Positions 48,074 to 50,021 of a DNA stretch of 50,021 bases are shown here, piece after piece. The number at the start of each line of letters is the position of its first letter. Position 1 is the first letter of the stretch. Source of the DNA: an uncultured Bacilli bacterium (lineage in GTDB: Bacteria; Bacillota_I; Bacilli_A; RF39; UBA660); assembly GCA_947598395.1 (NCBI GenBank), contig CANQFG010000005.1, positions 1 through 50,021 of the forward strand, in the 5' to 3' direction. Below the pieces are notes generated by a model. It saw nothing but the letters and a program-made list of their open reading frames with translations, made no database searches and had not been told where the DNA came from. The position numbers and the translations under genes were made by a program.

Positions 48074-49552
48074 TCAGCTACTCTTCGGGCAACTGATATT
48101 CTCCGTTACGCCATTATTATCATAAAGGCAGCGACACGTATCGCTTTCATCATTGCAAAGACAATTAGTTGCCTTATCGCATTTTAAAGTAAAGATATCT
48201 ATTACTTTATCGATGAGATTAACATCGAGATTATATTCTTTTAAGAAGCTCTTGACGCGATTTTTATCTTCTTCCGTAAAATCTTTGATATTTTTATATG
48301 CCGGTATATCTTGCCGTTTAACTTGGGCCGTATCGCCAAACTCTAATTCCAAAGTATAATCGATAAGGGCCTTTTCCGTATCAAAAGTTCCCGAATACGT
48401 CTTCGCCGTGATGCCTCCAATCGTCGAACTCGTGACACTTAAAGTACCATTGGCAATCAAATTATTGTCTTTTTGATAGCTAAACGTATATTTATTATCC
48501 CCGATTTCTAAAGTATATATTTCATCGTCATGATTCTCTTCATTGACCAACAATTCTATTTGATAGATATTATCCTTTTTATAATAGATACTTACCTTTG
48601 TACTATGGGAACTATTGCCACTATAGGCATATTCAAAAGTCGTCTGATAATTAGCTAGGATTTTTTTGATCTCTTCCGGATTTTTACCGACAATCCGCGA
48701 TATTTCATTGATAAAGTTAGAATCATCGGCTAAATTACGATAGAAATCAATATAGAGTTGTTTCTTGCCGGCATTATCTAAATTAAGGCTTCGTTTCAAG
48801 ACCGTCATATCCGATCCTTGGTGATTGATCTTGGCACTTTCCGTCGTATAAGGCATCGCCTTTAAAGAGGTAATTAAGGCATCGCTTATCCCTTCAATAA
48901 TCGTGCGCATATCATAGTTCAAAGTTCCCAAAAAGGGATATTTTTCGGGAATATCAAATAAAATATAATCATCGCCATATAATTCTAAAGATTTAAAATA
49001 GACGTGATTTAAGGTGCCATACATCGAAAAATTAAAGGGCTTGCGATCTAAAATGAGACCACCCGAATTTTCTTGGGGATCGCGCATGCTGCCCGTCAAG
49101 GAAAGCACTTTGCCCTTTAAATCGAGGCCATATTCCCCTTTAAATTCCGTCTTAAAATCGTTGATGCCTAAACTCAAAGTATAATCCCCTTGTTTGATGG
49201 CATTATTCCCCGTATAATTATCGATTAAATAAGTGGATAAAGTCGTTATGACATCCGTAAACTTTTCATACTCTTTTTCCTTTTTCGTCATGAACATCGA
49301 GGCAATTAGGATGCCGAAGATGACGATGACGAGAACGATAACGGCAATGCCAAAAAAGATAACCTTTTTATTCTTAGGCTCTCTCATATAAGTTATTAAA
49401 TTGGCTCGTTCATCATAATCCGTCGCACTTATATCGCCAAAATCCGTCATTGGTTTGGCTTCACCAAGACGAATATCGCTTTGGCAGTACGGACAAACGG
49501 CACTAATTTCGGGAATTGTTTTACCACAATTGGGACATTTCATATCAATCAT
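48074..49552 (-). CDS. zinc-ribbon, TM and extracellular domain protein (distant paralogue of the neighbour)
   Basis: MKCPNCG...VCPYC; one TM; GDYTLSL...F.GEYGLDL parallels GSYDITL...LDGKYAVDL in the neighbour; Cys-rich C-terminus. Confidence 0.8.
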   Translation of the reverse strand: MIDMKCPNCGKTIPEISAVCPYCQSDIRLGEAKPMTDFGDISATDYDERANLITYMREPKNKKVIFFGIAVIVLVIVIFGILIASMFMTKKEKEYEKFTDVITTLSTYLIDNYTGNNAIKQGDYTLSLGINDFKTEFKGEYGLDLKGKVLSLTGSMRDPQENSGGLILDRKPFNFSMYGTLNHVYFKSLELYGDDYILFDIPEKYPFLGTLNYDMRTIIEGISDALITSLKAMPYTTESAKINHQGSDMTVLKRSLNLDNAGKKQLYIDFYRNLADDSNFINEISRIVGKNPEEIKKILANYQTTFEYAYSGNSSHSTKVSIYYKKDNIYQIELLVNEENHDDEIYTLEIGDNKYTFSYQKDNNLIANGTLSVTSSTIGGITAKTYSGTFDTEKALIDYTLELEFGDTAQVKRQDIPAYKNIKDFTEEDKNRVKSFLKEYNLDVNLIDKVIDIFTLKCDKATNCLCNDESDTCRCLYDNNGVTENISCPKSS

Positions 49553-49639
49553 CCTTTATTCTATATCCAGTATAAAATAAATAAGACGTAATTTCAATTC
49601 GTTTTTTTATTGACTTAAACATCGCCAATTTATTAAACA

Positions 49640-50021
49640 ATCGAGTAGAGAAAACTTTTCAAGATAATTCTTGAATACTTTTTCATCTCACACCACCGTA
49701 CGTACCGTTCGGTATACGGCGGTTTGTAATAATATGTACTTTTAAGTAATGGTCTAGCAAATTAACTAGACCTCTTTTATTTAATCTTTCTTTTGAAATC
49801 GCAGTTTGTAGTACTCTTGTACTTGCTATATGATAATATTCCCTTCTTGAATTGGCTGTTACATAGGCATCCCTATGACTTATTCCTAGTTTTCTAAGAC
49901 AGGTATATCTTTTCCTTATCTTTTTCCATTGTTTCCATATGATAACTCTAAGTTTTCTTCGTATCCATTCGTCTGTTCTTTCAAGAAATACTTTCATATC
50001 TGCAATTTTAAAGTAGTTAAC
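49640..50021 (-). mobile_element. 3' end of a bacterial class C group II intron (domains V-VI and end of the RT/maturase ORF)
   Basis: DV AACCGCCGTATACCGAACGGTACGTACGGTGGT (49692-49724, CGC triad); DVI ending CTCTACTCGAT at 49640. Confidence 0.92.
49683..50021 (-). CDS. C-terminal maturase (domain X) part of the group II intron reverse transcriptase
   Basis: VNYFKIADMK...DEWIRRKLRVIIWKQWKK..KRYTCLRKLG...ANSRR.YY...LQTAISKERL..RGL; the frame is open to the window edge. Confidence 0.92.
   Translation of the reverse strand, partial: VNYFKIADMKVFLERTDEWIRRKLRVIIWKQWKKIRKRYTCLRKLGISHRDAYVTANSRREYYHIASTRVLQTAISKERLNKRGLVNLLDHYLKVHIITNRRIPNGTYGGVR

Noticed and set aside
49683-50021. RT fragment as the DGR reverse transcriptase for the CLec genes
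   Set aside because: It has a maturase domain X and is followed by group II intron domains V-VI, so it is an intron-encoded protein.

Overview
AT-rich, compact Bacillota (Bacilli-like) chromosomal region with almost all genes on the minus strand. The small-genome style and protein families suggest an uncultured RF39-like lineage, but that is inference. The housekeeping backbone comprises two glycosyltransferases, tRNA-Lys/Ile/Glu, a polysaccharide deacetylase, a truncated dcw cluster (mraZ-rsmH-ftsL-pbp), mutL, yqeH/yqeG, an intact sigK, an LTA synthase-family gene, a cyclophilin, nfnAB, divIVA, sepF, glyQS and priA. The 3' end of a class C group II intron lies at the right edge. The main accessory signal is four paralogous exported proteins with a C-terminal C-type-lectin/FGE-sulfatase-like fold, arranged as two tandem pairs (10098-14567 and 36388-40389). 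Each is preceded by the same 61-62 bp element containing a G8/G8/G9/G9 tract just upstream of a TACAAT -10 box, the RBS and the ATG. The 3' ends of two paralogues show the codon pattern expected of diversity-generating-retroelement (DGR) variable regions, although no template repeat or DGR reverse transcriptase is visible in the window. In each pair the segment between the two direct repeats also carries a toxin-like passenger: a Fic gene in one and an unannotated type I toxin-antitoxin-like locus in the other. A miniature Gly T-box and a pilin-like protein with four-cysteine repeats are also noted. All calls are by eye from the sequence and ORF track; no searches were run.
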